DNA from: an uncultured Alphaproteobacteria bacterium
GTDB taxonomy: Bacteria; Pseudomonadota; Alphaproteobacteria; Rs-D84
Direction of reading: 5' to 3'
Length of the DNA stretch: 64,000 nucleotides
Assembly (NCBI GenBank): GCA_963931495.1
Contig: OZ007020.1
Location: 363,338 to 427,337, forward strand
The notes below the pieces were generated by a model, which saw only the letters and a list, made by a program, of their open reading frames with translations, was not told the origin of the DNA and did not search any database. The translations under genes were made by a program, and so were the position numbers. This document shows positions 27,572-38,534 of the stretch, one piece after another. Position 1 is the stretch's first letter, and each line of letters starts with the position of its first letter.

Positions 27572-27600
27572 TTGTGCGCCGTGGTGGCGTTTTTATTTTT
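27572..27600 (+). terminator. Rho-independent terminator after the tRNA
   Basis: gtgcgccgtggtggcgtttttatttttt. Confidence 0.5.
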
Positions 27601-27643
27601 TGTAATTTGCATTCGTTTTTTTATCTGTAATAATATGTATGCT

Positions 27644-28657
27644 ATGAGAAAGAAATTAAAAATTCCAAATAACAGAGTACTGGGTATTGTTGGCTTTATT
27701 GTTGTTATTCTGGTGATATTGTTATATCTGTTTGGTATTCGCAGTGTCGTGTCGCATGATGTGACGTTTGAATTGTCGCGTGGTACCACTGTGTCCGCGG
27801 TGGCGACACAGTTAAATGCCATAGGGGTGATTGATATGCCAGGACTGTTCAAAATCGCAGTTCGTGGTAATGGTGGGCAAATTCAATCAGGACTGTATGA
27901 TATTCCACGTGGAACCAGTGTATGGCGTATCGCCCGCATGTTTGCCAATGGTGACGTGGCGTCAACAACAATTGTTATCCCCGAAGGTTTAACAGTACAA
28001 CAGATTAAGCGATTGTTGCTGGACGAATCTGGGTTAACAGGTGGTGTTGAATGTGGTCCGGGGACCGATTTGCCGGTGTGTGATTTGCATGATGGGGATT
28101 TGTTCCCAGATACATACCGGGTTGCGCGCGGCACGTCGCGATTGGCAGTGTTGGATTTAATGCGTAAAAAAATGCTGGATTTGCGTCATAATTGGGAACG
28201 GGGTGGGGCGATTGCGCCACGGCCGTTGAAATCTTGGAACGATGTGGTTACATTGGCATCCATTGTTCAAAAAGAAACGCCCAAAAAATCAGAAATGCCA
28301 ATAGTGGCCAGTGTGTACCTGAATCGGTTGCGTGATAATATGCGTTTACAGGCGGATCCGACGGTGGTTTATGCGGTGACGCGTGGACTGGGGGATATGC
28401 AGGGGCGCCCGTTGTTGCGTGAATACCTGAAAACAGACAGCCCATATAATACATACACGAATCGCGGATTGCCGCCGGCACCAATCGCGAACGTTGGTCG
28501 TGATGCGATATATGCTGTCTTGCAACCCGCAGACACAAATTATTTGTTTTTTGTCGCAGATGGTACTGGTGGGCATCGTTTTTCGTCGTCGTATGACGAG
28601 CATATGAAAAATCATGCGAACTGGCGCGTGATAAAAAAAATTCAAAATCAAAAATAA
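27644..28657 (+). CDS. mltG: Endolytic murein transglycosylase MltG (YceG-like)
   Basis: N-terminal TM anchor. YceG-like domain with ...VIPEGLTVQQI... and ...LQADPTVVYA...YNTYTNRGLPPAPIANVG... motifs. Confidence 0.7.
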   Translation: MRKKLKIPNNRVLGIVGFIVVILVILLYLFGIRSVVSHDVTFELSRGTTVSAVATQLNAIGVIDMPGLFKIAVRGNGGQIQSGLYDIPRGTSVWRIARMFANGDVASTTIVIPEGLTVQQIKRLLLDESGLTGGVECGPGTDLPVCDLHDGDLFPDTYRVARGTSRLAVLDLMRKKMLDLRHNWERGGAIAPRPLKSWNDVVTLASIVQKETPKKSEMPIVASVYLNRLRDNMRLQADPTVVYAVTRGLGDMQGRPLLREYLKTDSPYNTYTNRGLPPAPIANVGRDAIYAVLQPADTNYLFFVADGTGGHRFSSSYDEHMKNHANWRVIKKIQNQK

Positions 28658-28723
28658 AAAGTCGTCATTTATTAAAAAAATTAATAATTTATTTATTTAA
28701 TAATGGCGTGTATCAATGTAATA

Positions 28724-28750
28724 AAAATGCCGCATTTATGCGGCGTTTAT
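28724..28750 (+). terminator. Terminator-like hairpin
   Basis: aaaaatgccgcatttatgcggcgtttatc. The T-run is weak. Confidence 0.35.
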
Positions 28751-28922
28751 CAATTATTCACGAATTTTATCCGATTCGTTACTGCATATGTTTATAGCAT
28801 ATTTAGTGTCATTTTGCAAAAATCTTTGAACTTGAAAATCGGTGATTGTGGACTATACAATATTTATGACCGGGGTGGAAAATCTGGTTTTTTGCTAACT
28901 TAACATAATAAAAGGACAGGAA

Positions 28923-29685
28923 ATGAAAAAAATAATTTTAACATCTTTGTTGGCTGTTTTTGCGGCAACAAGTGCAAACGCGGCAATTAATGATAATCCT
29001 ATGTATCGTCCGGACCAGGGCCGCTTTTACAGTGTTACAGAATTGAATTCGCATACCGAAGATATTGACAGTTGGAAAGTTACAGAAAAATTTGGTTATG
29101 GCATAACAGACCAAGCGTCTATTTACATTAATACTGATTTTATATGAATATAATTCTTTTGACCACTATGGTTGGGGCAATTTTGAAATCGGTGCTGATT
29201 ATCGTTTGTTGAATGATATGAATTGGAAAGTTGATGCGTATGGTTCGTATGCGTTGGCGCCAGTATGGGGGGCAGAATTCTTGGATTCAAATGCAACAAC
29301 ATATACATGGGGGGTCGGTGTTCGTGCCGGATATGTAACGGATTTGTGGACGGTTGCTGGACATGTTGAATTTAATTATTTGAACAGTGAATCGTTCAAT
29401 TGGGGCAACGATTTTGGAAATAATCATCTGTTGATTGCCGGGTTGGATGGATTTGTTTCGCTGACATCAGATTGGGCATTAATGCTGGGGGCGGAATACA
29501 CCGGCGTTATGGATGACAGCGCAGAAAATGCCGGCAGATGGGACGGCAAAATTGGCGTAAATTATAACTTTAACCAAGACATGTTTGCTGGTGCGTACGT
29601 GTCAGCGATGATGGGTCATGGTTCTGGTGATTGGAAAATCGCCGATGGCATCGGATTTGGTGTAAAATTTGGTGCACAATTTTAA
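28923..29685 (+). pseudogene. Outer-membrane beta-barrel protein paralog, interrupted by a frameshift in a T4 tract near 29137-29147
   Basis: ORF 28923..29147 (signal peptide MKKIILTSLLAVFAATSANA) and ORF 29206..29685 (ending ...IGFGVKFGAQF) are contiguous in two frames. Reading ...INTDF(I)YEYNSFDHYGWGNFEIGADY... requires a 1-nt shift at gattttata. Confidence 0.45.
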
Positions 29686-29704
29686 TAAATACCGGACTGC
29701 TTTA

Positions 29705-29735
29705 CAAAATCCCGCCGTGTGGCGGGATTTTATAT
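29705..29735 (+). terminator. Rho-independent terminator
   Basis: aaaatcccgccgtgtggcgggatttta. Confidence 0.6.
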
Positions 29736-29962
29736 TGACTGTAATGGATGATGCGTTACATCAATGAACAAAATTAATTCGTATACAGTTGGATGTTGTT
29801 GGTCTGTGGTGATTTGATAATATCCGGATTCATCTGTATTGAATATGTCGCACATAACAAATATCGGAATTTTTTGTTTATGGCGTACGTGTTCTATTTC
29901 TTGCCCTAATGTCATTGTATCCCCCAAAAAAATGTAATAAAAAACCACCAGAAAAAATCTAA

Positions 29963-30043
29963 GTGGTTGGAGGTTGATTACTATGAAAGATATAGTGCCG
30001 CTTATTCAATATATTCACGACCCTCCAACCAAACAGGTTGGAA
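29963..30043. repeat. Palindromic repeat element A (GGTTGGAGG -N48- CCTCCAACC-AAACA-GGTTGG)
   Basis: Shares CTCCAACC/GGTTGGAG cores with the elements at 31293..31405 and 51975..52080. Confidence 0.5.
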
Positions 30044-30247
30044 TTTCATCCAATGGATGTCTTTCAGGGGTAATCACACCCCGCAACAGCAACCCGCCAT
30101 TGCAGATGCTATTATAAAAATCCGTTTTGTTTATTGCAATTTGTTTTTTGTCATAAATTGTAATAATTTTGTACTGATAAAAATATTGTCATTTTGCCAT
30201 TTTTAATACGTCCCTGATTTTTGGGATTTTCCATCGGTATTTTTAAT

Positions 30248-30278
30248 AAAAAATCCCACCGAATGGTGGGATTTTTTT
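30248..30278 (+). terminator. Rho-independent terminator with no upstream CDS, consistent with a small RNA ending here
   Basis: aaaaatcccaccgaatggtgggattttttt. Confidence 0.55.
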
Positions 30279-30330
30279 GCGGACTTTGTTCTTGTTGTTT
30301 ATGTTTGCACAGACGTGTAATTATTGTGGT

Positions 30331-31095
30331 ATGGCGCATGGTATAAAATTATTTTTAATATTTACGGTATGCTATATTGCTGGATACTCATGCGCACATG
30401 CCGCGCGATTGGATGTCAGTCGTATCAGTCAATCTGGTGAATTTTCTGCATCGTTTGGTGCGGCGTTCAAGACTGGTGCAAATCGTGATAATACGACCCA
30501 AACAGATTTTTTATCTGGACGTATACATGAATTATCACTGGATTTGGATTATACTTTTTTAGATGATTGGACGATTTCATTCAGCACGGACAATGATTAT
30601 TCTGATTCACAGATTGGTGTAAAGTGGAAGCTGATAAAATTTCATGAACTGAAAATTGATTTTATGGCGGACTATGGCATTGCATGGACAAAAAACGCCA
30701 AAACAGATGTACGTTTGGGGAATAATAATTTTGATTTTGGAATGCGTGTTCATGGTATTGCGTTGCAGGATTTTCAATGGGCAGTGAAAATCATGGGCCA
30801 GTTTGTATTTGCAGAACCAAAAAACTTTTGGAATATAAATCTGACCGCAGAAGCGATGTATTATTTCCATCCAGATATTGCCGCCAAGTTTGAATTTGAA
30901 TATGACTTTAATCAGATTAGTGCACCAATAACACAATATGATCGCACAATTCATTTTGGAATAATATATAATATGTCTAATATTGCGTCAGTGCATCCTT
31001 ATGTAAAATATCACTTTAAGACCGATACAGCAGACAATAATTATATTCCCGATAATTTTTGGAAAATTGGGGCAGAGTTTTCAGTAGAATTTTAA
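30331..31095 (+). CDS. Small outer-membrane beta-barrel protein paralog
   Basis: Signal peptide MAHGIKLFLIFTVCYIAGYSCAHA. Amphipathic beta-strands. C-terminal ...IGAEFSVEF. Alternative start at 30301. Confidence 0.5.
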   Translation: MAHGIKLFLIFTVCYIAGYSCAHAARLDVSRISQSGEFSASFGAAFKTGANRDNTTQTDFLSGRIHELSLDLDYTFLDDWTISFSTDNDYSDSQIGVKWKLIKFHELKIDFMADYGIAWTKNAKTDVRLGNNNFDFGMRVHGIALQDFQWAVKIMGQFVFAEPKNFWNINLTAEAMYYFHPDIAAKFEFEYDFNQISAPITQYDRTIHFGIIYNMSNIASVHPYVKYHFKTDTADNNYIPDNFWKIGAEFSVEF

Positions 31096-31292
31096 GCATC
31101 TATGATGGTGGTTTGACGCATAATGCATAACAATTAATTTTTGGATTGTGTTGTACTTGCCGGTAAAGGTTTATGATAAAAATTTGCTTGGATTTTTATA
31201 CAAATATAAATTATAATATTTTTTGTGGCGTTGGATTAACGCCATGGGGTGTCAAGACCCGAAATGCGGCGTTGCGGTATGCGACGATAAAG

Positions 31293-31405
31293 CTCCAACC
31301 ATTGGTTGGAGGGCTGTGAATAATGCGTTTACGCAAAATAAGCACACTATACCGTATTGTAGTCTTGAACCTCCAACCACTTGAAAATTCTTTCAGTGGT
31401 TTTTT
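31293..31405 (+). repeat. Palindromic repeat element B. CTCCAACC-ATT-GGTTGGAGGG, then a ~57-nt spacer, then CCTCCAACCAC and an intrinsic-terminator hairpin plus T-run. Candidate small RNA.
   Basis: gctccaaccattggttggaggg...cctccaaccacttgaaaattctttcagtggttttttg. Confidence 0.5.
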
Positions 31406-31420
31406 GTTTGGGGGTGGATT

Positions 31421-31987
31421 ATGAGAAAGCTTATATTTATTATCGTTGTCTGCATGCTGTACCACAACGCGTATGGTGCGGTAGGAGAACCATGCAGCGA
31501 GCCGTGTTTAGAAGGAACAATCCCAATACCATATAGTTGGGATTGTGGTGTGTGTCCTGCTAATACATATATGGATGAGGTGTTATGTCCCGAACCCAGA
31601 TTATTTGAATGTAAGCCATGTCCCGCGGGTACAATAACAATTGGCGATACAGCCGCCGATCATGACAGTATTGATGACTGTGTCGCTGCGCCTGTATTGT
31701 GTGCGTCCGGATATTATTTGCCTGCCGGTTCTGCAACATGTACGCAATGCCCAAAAAATTCATATTGCCCGGGCGGGGAATATACATCATCTGGTCAAGA
31801 TAGTGGTATTATCGCATGTCCAAATGATACCAAATCACCGATTGGTTCTGACAGTGCGGATGATTGTGGTCGTATATTACATATTGGTGAATATGTTTTA
31901 TACTTACGCACTGCAAAATTAACCAGTCCAGCATTGCATGTAAAAATAGGTGATGTGATATATTATGGGGATGCGTTTCCCGCATAG
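31421..31987 (+). CDS. Secreted cysteine-rich protein with ephrin-receptor/TNFR-like repeats (188 aa)
   Basis: Signal peptide MRKLIFIIVVCMLYHNAYG. Motifs CPANTYMDEVLCPEPRLFECKPCPAGT and CTQCPKNSYCPGGEY. Confidence 0.5.
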   Translation: MRKLIFIIVVCMLYHNAYGAVGEPCSEPCLEGTIPIPYSWDCGVCPANTYMDEVLCPEPRLFECKPCPAGTITIGDTAADHDSIDDCVAAPVLCASGYYLPAGSATCTQCPKNSYCPGGEYTSSGQDSGIIACPNDTKSPIGSDSADDCGRILHIGEYVLYLRTAKLTSPALHVKIGDVIYYGDAFPA

Positions 31988-32102
31988 TTATTATTAGTAA
32001 TGTAATGTACTAATAAAAAAATCGTCATGTTGAAACAAGACAAACATCCCAGTTTTACGGGATTTTCTAGCGTTTTTTTTGATAAAAATTCCCACATTCT
32101 GC

Positions 32103-32131
32103 TTGACAATACTGGGGTTCGTGATTATAGT
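32103..32131 (+). promoter_or_regulatory. Strong candidate sigma70 promoter of the str operon (TTGACA-17-TATAGT)
   Basis: ttgaca atactggggttcgtgat tatagt, about 150 nt upstream of rpsL. Confidence 0.45.
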
Positions 32132-32278
32132 ATATTCGCTTTCCGTGTAAATAAGGAAAGAAAAAACACAGAAATCTGCGTATCTTGACAGATTTATAAT
32201 CGCGGTGTTTCCGTTGAAATAAGTCTGATAGGCAGGTTTTGTGCAGACAAAAAGTAAGCAAAAACAAAGAGATTTTGA

Positions 32279-32650
32279 ATGCCAACAGTAAATCAACTGA
32301 TTCGGAAGCCGCGCAAAAAGGTTGTTGTAAAGTCAACAGCACCGGATATGATGGCGGCGCCGCAAAAACGTGGTGTTTGCACGCGTGTGTACACAACCAC
32401 GCCGAAAAAACCTAATTCTGCCCAACGTAAAGTGGCACGTGTAAAACTGGCCAATGGACGTGAAGTTACGGCCTATATCCCGGGTGAAGGGCATAATTTA
32501 CAGGAACACAGTGTTGTTATGATACGTGGTGGTCGTGTAAAGGACTTGCCGGGGGTGAAATACCATATTATTCGTGGTGTTTTGGATACCAAGGGTGTTG
32601 ATGGCAGAAAGCAGGGACGTTCCCTGTATGGTGCCAAGACGGCAAAGTAA
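32279..32650 (+). CDS. rpsL: 30S ribosomal protein S12
   Basis: [14 protein letters not shown]...[11 protein letters not shown]... Confidence 0.95.
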   Translation: MPTVNQLIRKPRKKVVVKSTAPDMMAAPQKRGVCTRVYTTTPKKPNSAQRKVARVKLANGREVTAYIPGEGHNLQEHSVVMIRGGRVKDLPGVKYHIIRGVLDTKGVDGRKQGRSLYGAKTAK

Positions 32651-32727
32651 TTATGATGGTGCACACAGCGTGTCTGTGTGAGTAATTCGGGCCCCAGCCC
32701 GGATGAAGAACAAAAAGGAAAATTAAA

Positions 32728-33201
32728 ATGTCAAGACGCAAAAGAGCAACAAAACGTGAAATTCTGCCGGATTCAAAGTATAACAATCTGGTTGTCGCAA
32801 AATGTATTAATGTGGTTATGTGGGACGGCAAAAAAGAAGTTGCCGAAGATATTGTTTATGGCGCACTGGATTCGTTAAAGAAAATCGCAAAAGATGGCGA
32901 TGAATTGGCCACGTTCTTGGAAGCGGTTGATGCGTTAAAACCATCTGTGGAAGTCAAAGGACGCCGCGTTGGTGGTGCAACATATCAGGTTCCCGTAGAA
33001 GTAAGACCGGACCGTCAACAGACGTTGGCATTGCGTTGGTTGGTTATGTTCGCACGTAAACGTGGTGAACGTTCTATGAAAGACAGATTGTTTGGTGAAC
33101 TGCGTGATGCGTTAAACGGCCAGGGCGGTGCGTTTAAGAAGAAAGTTGATACGCACAAAATGGCCGAAGCCAACAAGGCATTTGCGCACTTCCGTTGGTA
33201 A
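32728..33201 (+). CDS. rpsG: 30S ribosomal protein S7
   Basis: [20 protein letters not shown]... Confidence 0.95.
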   Translation: MSRRKRATKREILPDSKYNNLVVAKCINVVMWDGKKEVAEDIVYGALDSLKKIAKDGDELATFLEAVDALKPSVEVKGRRVGGATYQVPVEVRPDRQQTLALRWLVMFARKRGERSMKDRLFGELRDALNGQGGAFKKKVDTHKMAEANKAFAHFRW

Positions 33202-33240
33202 TATTTTTGAATTTACAAATAAAGAACAAGGGAAAGAAAT

Positions 33241-35322
33241 ATGTCAGTCGGAAAAACAGCACCTTTGGATATGTACCGCAATATCGGCATTATGGCACAT
33301 ATTGATGCGGGCAAAACAACAACGTCAGAACGTATTTTGTTCTATACCGGTAAAACATATAAAATTGGTGAAGTGCATGATGGTGGCGCAACCATGGACT
33401 GGATGGAACAGGAACAAGAACGCGGTATTACAATTACGTCCGCGGCGACAACATGCTTTTGGCGCGATCATCGCATCAATTTGATTGACACACCGGGGCA
33501 CGTTGATTTTACGATGGAAGTTGAACGTTCGTTACGCGTCTTGGACGGTGCGGTTGCGGTGTTTGAATCTGTGTCTGGGGTTCAACCGCAAACAGAAACT
33601 GTATGGCGCCAGGCTGATCGTTATAACGTTCCGCGTATTTGTTTTGTGAATAAAATGGACCGTATTGGTGGAAACTTTTTCCGCTGTGTTGATATGATTC
33701 GTGAACGTTTGGGGGCGAATCCGTTGGTTGTGAATTTCCCAATCGGTGCAGAATCTGAATTCCGTGGGGTTGTTGATGTTGTTGAAATGCGGGGTATCGT
33801 TTGGGAAGATGACCTGGGCAAGGAACCGCACATTGTTGATATCCCAGATGACTTAAAAGAAAAAGCCGCGGAATTACACAACAAACTGATTGAAGAAGTT
33901 GTGACACTGGATGATGACATTATGGAAGCATATATGGAAGGTAACGAACCAGATGTTGCAACAATTAAAAAATTAATCCGCAAGGGTACAATTGCACAAA
34001 ACTTTAATCCGGTTTTATGTGGTACAGCGTTCAAAAACAAGGGTGTTCAGCCACTGTTGGATGCGATTGTTGATTATTTGCCAAGTCCATTGGATATTCC
34101 GGCGATTAAAGGAACGGCGATGGATGGTAAAACGGTTATTGAACGTCATGCCGATCCAAAAGAACCGTTCAGTGCGTTGGCATTCAAGGTGGCAAATGAC
34201 CCATTTGTCGGAAATTTGATGTTTATCCGTATTTATTCTGGCAAATTAGTGTCGGGTTCTTATATTTACAATTCTAATCGTGACAAGCGTGAACGTGTTG
34301 GACGTATGTTGTTGATGCATTCTAATCAACGTGAAGAAATTAAAGAAGCATCAGCCGGTGACATTATTACGCTGGTCGGTATGAAAGAAACAATTACCGG
34401 TGACACATTGTGTGATGAATCAAATCCGATTATTTTGGAAAACATTCATGTTCCAGAACCGGTTATGAGTATTGCTGTTGAACCAAAAACCAAGGCAGAT
34501 ATTGAAAAAATGTCGTTGGGGTTACAGGCATTGGCCAAGGAAGATCCGTCTTTCCGTGTGTCCGTGGATGAAGAATCCGGTCAAACGATTTTGGCGGGTG
34601 TTGGTGAATTGCATCTGGAAATTTTGGTTGATCGCTTGCTGCGCGAATTCAAGGTTGACGTTAATGTTGGTGAACCGCGCATTGCGTATCGCGAAACATT
34701 CAGTAAACCAATTACAGAAGAATATACGCATAAAAAGCAATCTGGGGGTTCGGGTCAATACGCCCAAGTGAAAATTGAATTTGAACCATTGGAACCAGGT
34801 TCTGGGTATGTGTTTGAAAACAAGATTGTTGGTGGTGCTATTCCAAAAGAATATATCCCCGGCGTTGAAAAAGGGTTAAAGATAGCACAACAGACAGGTG
34901 TTCTGATTGGCTATCCAACTGTGGATTTCAAAGCGACATTGGTTGATGGTAAGTATCATGAAGTTGATTCTAATGTATTATGCTTTGAAATTGCGGCGCG
35001 TGCCTGTTTCCGCGAAGCAATGAAAAAGGCGGCGCCAAAGTTGTTGGAACCGATTATGAAACTTTCGGTCAACACACCGGAAGAATATGTCGGTGACATC
35101 ATCGGGGACCTGAACAGCCGTCGTGGACAAATCAACGGTATTGAAACACAATTTGGAAATCAGTTGATTTCAGCATTCGTTCCATTGGCGAACTTGTTCG
35201 GATATGTCAAGACATTGCGTTCTTTGTCGCAAGGGCGCGCAAATCCATATATGGAATTGTCGCACTATGCCGAAGTGCCGCAAAATGTCGCAGACGAGGT
35301 TATCAAGAAACTGACAAAATAA
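33241..35322 (+). CDS. fusA: Elongation factor G
   Basis: [28 protein letters not shown]; 693 aa. Confidence 0.95.
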   Translation: MSVGKTAPLDMYRNIGIMAHIDAGKTTTSERILFYTGKTYKIGEVHDGGATMDWMEQEQERGITITSAATTCFWRDHRINLIDTPGHVDFTMEVERSLRVLDGAVAVFESVSGVQPQTETVWRQADRYNVPRICFVNKMDRIGGNFFRCVDMIRERLGANPLVVNFPIGAESEFRGVVDVVEMRGIVWEDDLGKEPHIVDIPDDLKEKAAELHNKLIEEVVTLDDDIMEAYMEGNEPDVATIKKLIRKGTIAQNFNPVLCGTAFKNKGVQPLLDAIVDYLPSPLDIPAIKGTAMDGKTVIERHADPKEPFSALAFKVANDPFVGNLMFIRIYSGKLVSGSYIYNSNRDKRERVGRMLLMHSNQREEIKEASAGDIITLVGMKETITGDTLCDESNPIILENIHVPEPVMSIAVEPKTKADIEKMSLGLQALAKEDPSFRVSVDEESGQTILAGVGELHLEILVDRLLREFKVDVNVGEPRIAYRETFSKPITEEYTHKKQSGGSGQYAQVKIEFEPLEPGSGYVFENKIVGGAIPKEYIPGVEKGLKIAQQTGVLIGYPTVDFKATLVDGKYHEVDSNVLCFEIAARACFREAMKKAAPKLLEPIMKLSVNTPEEYVGDIIGDLNSRRGQINGIETQFGNQLISAFVPLANLFGYVKTLRSLSQGRANPYMELSHYAEVPQNVADEVIKKLTK

Positions 35323-35437
35323 AAAAATAAAAAAAGATTGTGATTTTTGATTTCTGGTTTATGATTGGTGAGAATTCCAATGAATCGGAAATCAGATTTC
35401 AGAAATCAAATTAACAGCCAAGCCTAAGGAGAAAACT

Positions 35438-36625
35438 ATGGCAAAAGAAAAGTATGTAAGAACCAAGCCGCACGTTAACATCGGTACAATTGGTCACGTT
35501 GACCATGGTAAAACGACATTGACGGCCGCAATCGTTCATTATTATGGCGTTGGCGCAGACCAAGCCAAGGGTGTTGATCAAATTGATAATGCACCAGAAG
35601 AACGCGCACGTGGTATTACAATTAATACTGCACACGTTGAATATGAAACAGCGAATCGTCATTATGCACACGTTGACTGCCCAGGGCACGCGGACTATGT
35701 TAAAAACATGATTACCGGTGCGGCGCAGATGGACGGTGCGATTTTGGTCGTTGCCGCAACAGATGGACCGATGCCACAAACACGTGAACACATTTTGTTG
35801 GCACGCCAGGTTGGTATTCCAAAAATCGTTGTTTATTTGAACAAGTGCGATTTGGTAAATGATCCTGAATTGTTGGAATTGGTTGAAATGGAAATTCGTG
35901 AACTGTTGTCTTCAAATGACTTTGATGGCGACAAGGCTCCGATTATTCGTGGTTCTGCCGTTTCTGCATTAGAAGGTAAAAGTGATGGTTTGGGCAAAGA
36001 ATCAATTGACGCGTTGTTGGCGGCATGTGATGAATACATCCCATTGCCAGAACGTCCGGTTGACAAACCGTTCTTGATGCCGATTGAAGACGTATTCTCT
36101 ATTACTGGTCGTGGTACTGTGGTTACAGGTCGTATTGAATCTGGTACAGTAAAGGTCGGTGATGAATGCGAAATTGTTGGTTTGCGTCCAACACAGAAAA
36201 CAACAGTTACTGGCGTTGAAATGTTCCGCAAATTGCTGGACCAAGGTGAAGCCGGTGATAACGTTGGTTTGTTGTTGCGTGGAACCAAGAAAGAAGATGT
36301 TGAACGTGGTCAGATTATTTGCAAACCGGGTTCTATTACCCCGCACACTGAATTTGAAGCAGAAGTCTATATTCTGACCAAAGAAGAAGGTGGACGTCAC
36401 ACTGCGTTCTTTAGCAACTATCGCCCACAGTTCTATTTCAGCACAACAGACGTAACAGGTACAATCACACTGCCGGCTGATAAAGAAATGGTTCTGCCGG
36501 GTGATAACGTCCGTATCTCTGTGCAACTGATTGCACCAATTGCTATGGACGAAGGCCGTCGCTTTGCTATCCGTGAAGGCGGACGCACAGTTGGCGCAGG
36601 CGTTGTATCAAAAATTATTAAATAA
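35438..36625 (+). CDS. tuf: Elongation factor Tu
   Basis: [32 protein letters not shown]... Confidence 0.97.
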   Translation: MAKEKYVRTKPHVNIGTIGHVDHGKTTLTAAIVHYYGVGADQAKGVDQIDNAPEERARGITINTAHVEYETANRHYAHVDCPGHADYVKNMITGAAQMDGAILVVAATDGPMPQTREHILLARQVGIPKIVVYLNKCDLVNDPELLELVEMEIRELLSSNDFDGDKAPIIRGSAVSALEGKSDGLGKESIDALLAACDEYIPLPERPVDKPFLMPIEDVFSITGRGTVVTGRIESGTVKVGDECEIVGLRPTQKTTVTGVEMFRKLLDQGEAGDNVGLLLRGTKKEDVERGQIICKPGSITPHTEFEAEVYILTKEEGGRHTAFFSNYRPQFYFSTTDVTGTITLPADKEMVLPGDNVRISVQLIAPIAMDEGRRFAIREGGRTVGAGVVSKIIK

Positions 36626-36706
36626 GTAAAACAGTCGTGGGTCGGTGTATCTGGATGAAAAATGCCAGAGATTACCGGCCCCGATAACGATAAGGAAAAC
36701 GAACAA

Positions 36707-37018
36707 ATGGTACCAGCATCTAAAATTCGCATCAAATTGACAGCGTTTGACCACAGGGTTTTAATGGAATCTGTGGATGAAATAGTCAAAACTGCAAAGC
36801 GCACAGGCGCAGATGTAGTTGGACCCGTTCGCTTGCCGACATTGATTAAGAAGTTTACTGTGAACCGTTCGCCGCACGTGGATAAAAAATCACGCGAACA
36901 ATTTGAAATTCGCAATCACAAAGCGGTTGTGGATATTGTTAATCCAACCCCTCAGACAGTAGATGCATTGATGAAGTTGGATTTGGCGTCCGGTGTTGAT
37001 GTAAAAATTAAATTGTAA
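36707..37018 (+). CDS. rpsJ: 30S ribosomal protein S10
   Basis: [35 protein letters not shown]... The ORF track start at 36662 is a 5' extension. Confidence 0.9.
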   Translation: MVPASKIRIKLTAFDHRVLMESVDEIVKTAKRTGADVVGPVRLPTLIKKFTVNRSPHVDKKSREQFEIRNHKAVVDIVNPTPQTVDALMKLDLASGVDVKIKL

Positions 37019-37089
37019 TTGTTTGTGTTGGACGGCGTAATCAATGGTGTGTACAACGTCCAACCTACTGACGAAAAAAGGCAAATAAA

Positions 37090-37842
37090 ATGAAACGTAG
37101 CGGTTTAATAACAACAAAAATAGGTATGACACGTTTGTATGATGACGGTGGCGTGGCGCATCCAGTGACTGTTCTGTCTGTGGGTGATTGCACGGTTATC
37201 GGTAATCGTACAATGGATAAAAATGGATATGTCGCAAATGTGTTGGGGATGCGCGAAGCCAAGGCAAAGCATGTTGCAAAGCCCCAGGCGGTTGCGGCAG
37301 AAAAAGCAGGCGTAAAACCATATCGCAAAGTCGTAGAATTTCGTGTGTCTGATGATTGTGTCATCCCAACAGGAACTGTATTAAATGCGGCGCATTTTAT
37401 TGCCGGACAATTTGTTGATGTCCAAGCAACCAGTAAGGGCAAGGGATTCCAAGGTGCAATGAAACGCCACAATTTTGGTGGTAAAGAAGCGTCACACGGT
37501 GTGTTAAAAGCCCATCGTTCAATCGGTGGTACAGGTATGCGTGAATGGCCTGGTCGTGTTTTGAAGGGTAAAAAAATGGCCGGTCAGATGGGTAACGAAA
37601 CTGTTACTGTTCAGAATCTGAAAGTGTTTGGTGTTGATGAAGCAGAAAATTTAATCTTTGTAGAAGGCGCGGTCCCAGGGGCAAATGGAACATTTGTCTT
37701 GGTGACAGATGCGATAAAAAAAGAACAGAAAGATTTGCCGGTTCCGACAAAGTTGCAGGTCGCGGAATCTGTGGCACCAGAATCAGTGGAATCCGGTGAA
37801 CAGCCGGCGGCAGAAACCGAAACAGAAACTGTTGCGGAATAA
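37090..37842 (+). CDS. rplC: 50S ribosomal protein L3, with an acidic C-terminal extension
   Basis: MKRSGLITTKIGMTRLYDDGG... Confidence 0.92.
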   Translation: MKRSGLITTKIGMTRLYDDGGVAHPVTVLSVGDCTVIGNRTMDKNGYVANVLGMREAKAKHVAKPQAVAAEKAGVKPYRKVVEFRVSDDCVIPTGTVLNAAHFIAGQFVDVQATSKGKGFQGAMKRHNFGGKEASHGVLKAHRSIGGTGMREWPGRVLKGKKMAGQMGNETVTVQNLKVFGVDEAENLIFVEGAVPGANGTFVLVTDAIKKEQKDLPVPTKLQVAESVAPESVESGEQPAAETETETVAE

Positions 37843-37868
37843 TAGTATGGGCAACAGATTAGAGTAAG

Positions 37869-38498
37869 GTGGAAAAAATGCAAGTAGATGTTATTAATTT
37901 TGATGGCAAGTCGGTCGGCAAAGTGGATTTAGCAGACCAGATATTTGGTGTTGAACCGCGCGCAGATATTCTGTATCGTGTTGTTACATGGCAACGCGCA
38001 AAATCACGTGCAGGTACACATGCAGTGAAAACTGTATCAGATGTCGCGGGCAGTGGTAAAAAAGCATTCAAACAGAAAAAAACAGGTAATGCGCGCCAGG
38101 GTGAAAGATATAATGTTCACATGCGTGGCGGTGGTGTTGTACACGGACCGGTTGTTCGGGACCACAGCATTGATTTGCCAAAGAAAATTCGCGCATTGGG
38201 ATTAAAAATGGCCTTGTCGTCCAAGGTAAAAGATGGAAATTTAATCATTATTGATTCTGAAAAATTGTCTGCGGCAAAAACAGGGGCGTTTGCAAAACAG
38301 TTGAAAAAACTGGATTTGAATTCTGCGTTGTTTGTTGGTGCAGATACGTTGGATGAAAATTTCCGTAAGTCTGCGGCGAATATTCCAAATATTGATGCGT
38401 TGCCGACAATCGGTTTGAATGTGTTGGATATTTTGAAACATGATAAATTGGTTTTGACCGCAGATGCAGTCAAAGCGGTGGAAGCACGCTTGGCATAA
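37869..38498 (+). CDS. rplD: 50S ribosomal protein L4
   Basis: Position and sequence. Alternative start at 37878. Confidence 0.9.
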   Translation: MEKMQVDVINFDGKSVGKVDLADQIFGVEPRADILYRVVTWQRAKSRAGTHAVKTVSDVAGSGKKAFKQKKTGNARQGERYNVHMRGGGVVHGPVVRDHSIDLPKKIRALGLKMALSSKVKDGNLIIIDSEKLSAAKTGAFAKQLKKLDLNSALFVGADTLDENFRKSAANIPNIDALPTIGLNVLDILKHDKLVLTADAVKAVEARLA

Positions 38499-38534
38499 TT
38501 TTATGCCTGGGTATGACGAAAAAGGTGAAATAAA

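Noticed and set aside
33509-34040. Multiple minus-strand ORFs inside fusA, and similar antisense ORFs inside tuf, rplB, secY, lepA and fabF
   Set aside because: They lie antisense to highly conserved genes, and their products are low-complexity. They are typical shadow ORFs.
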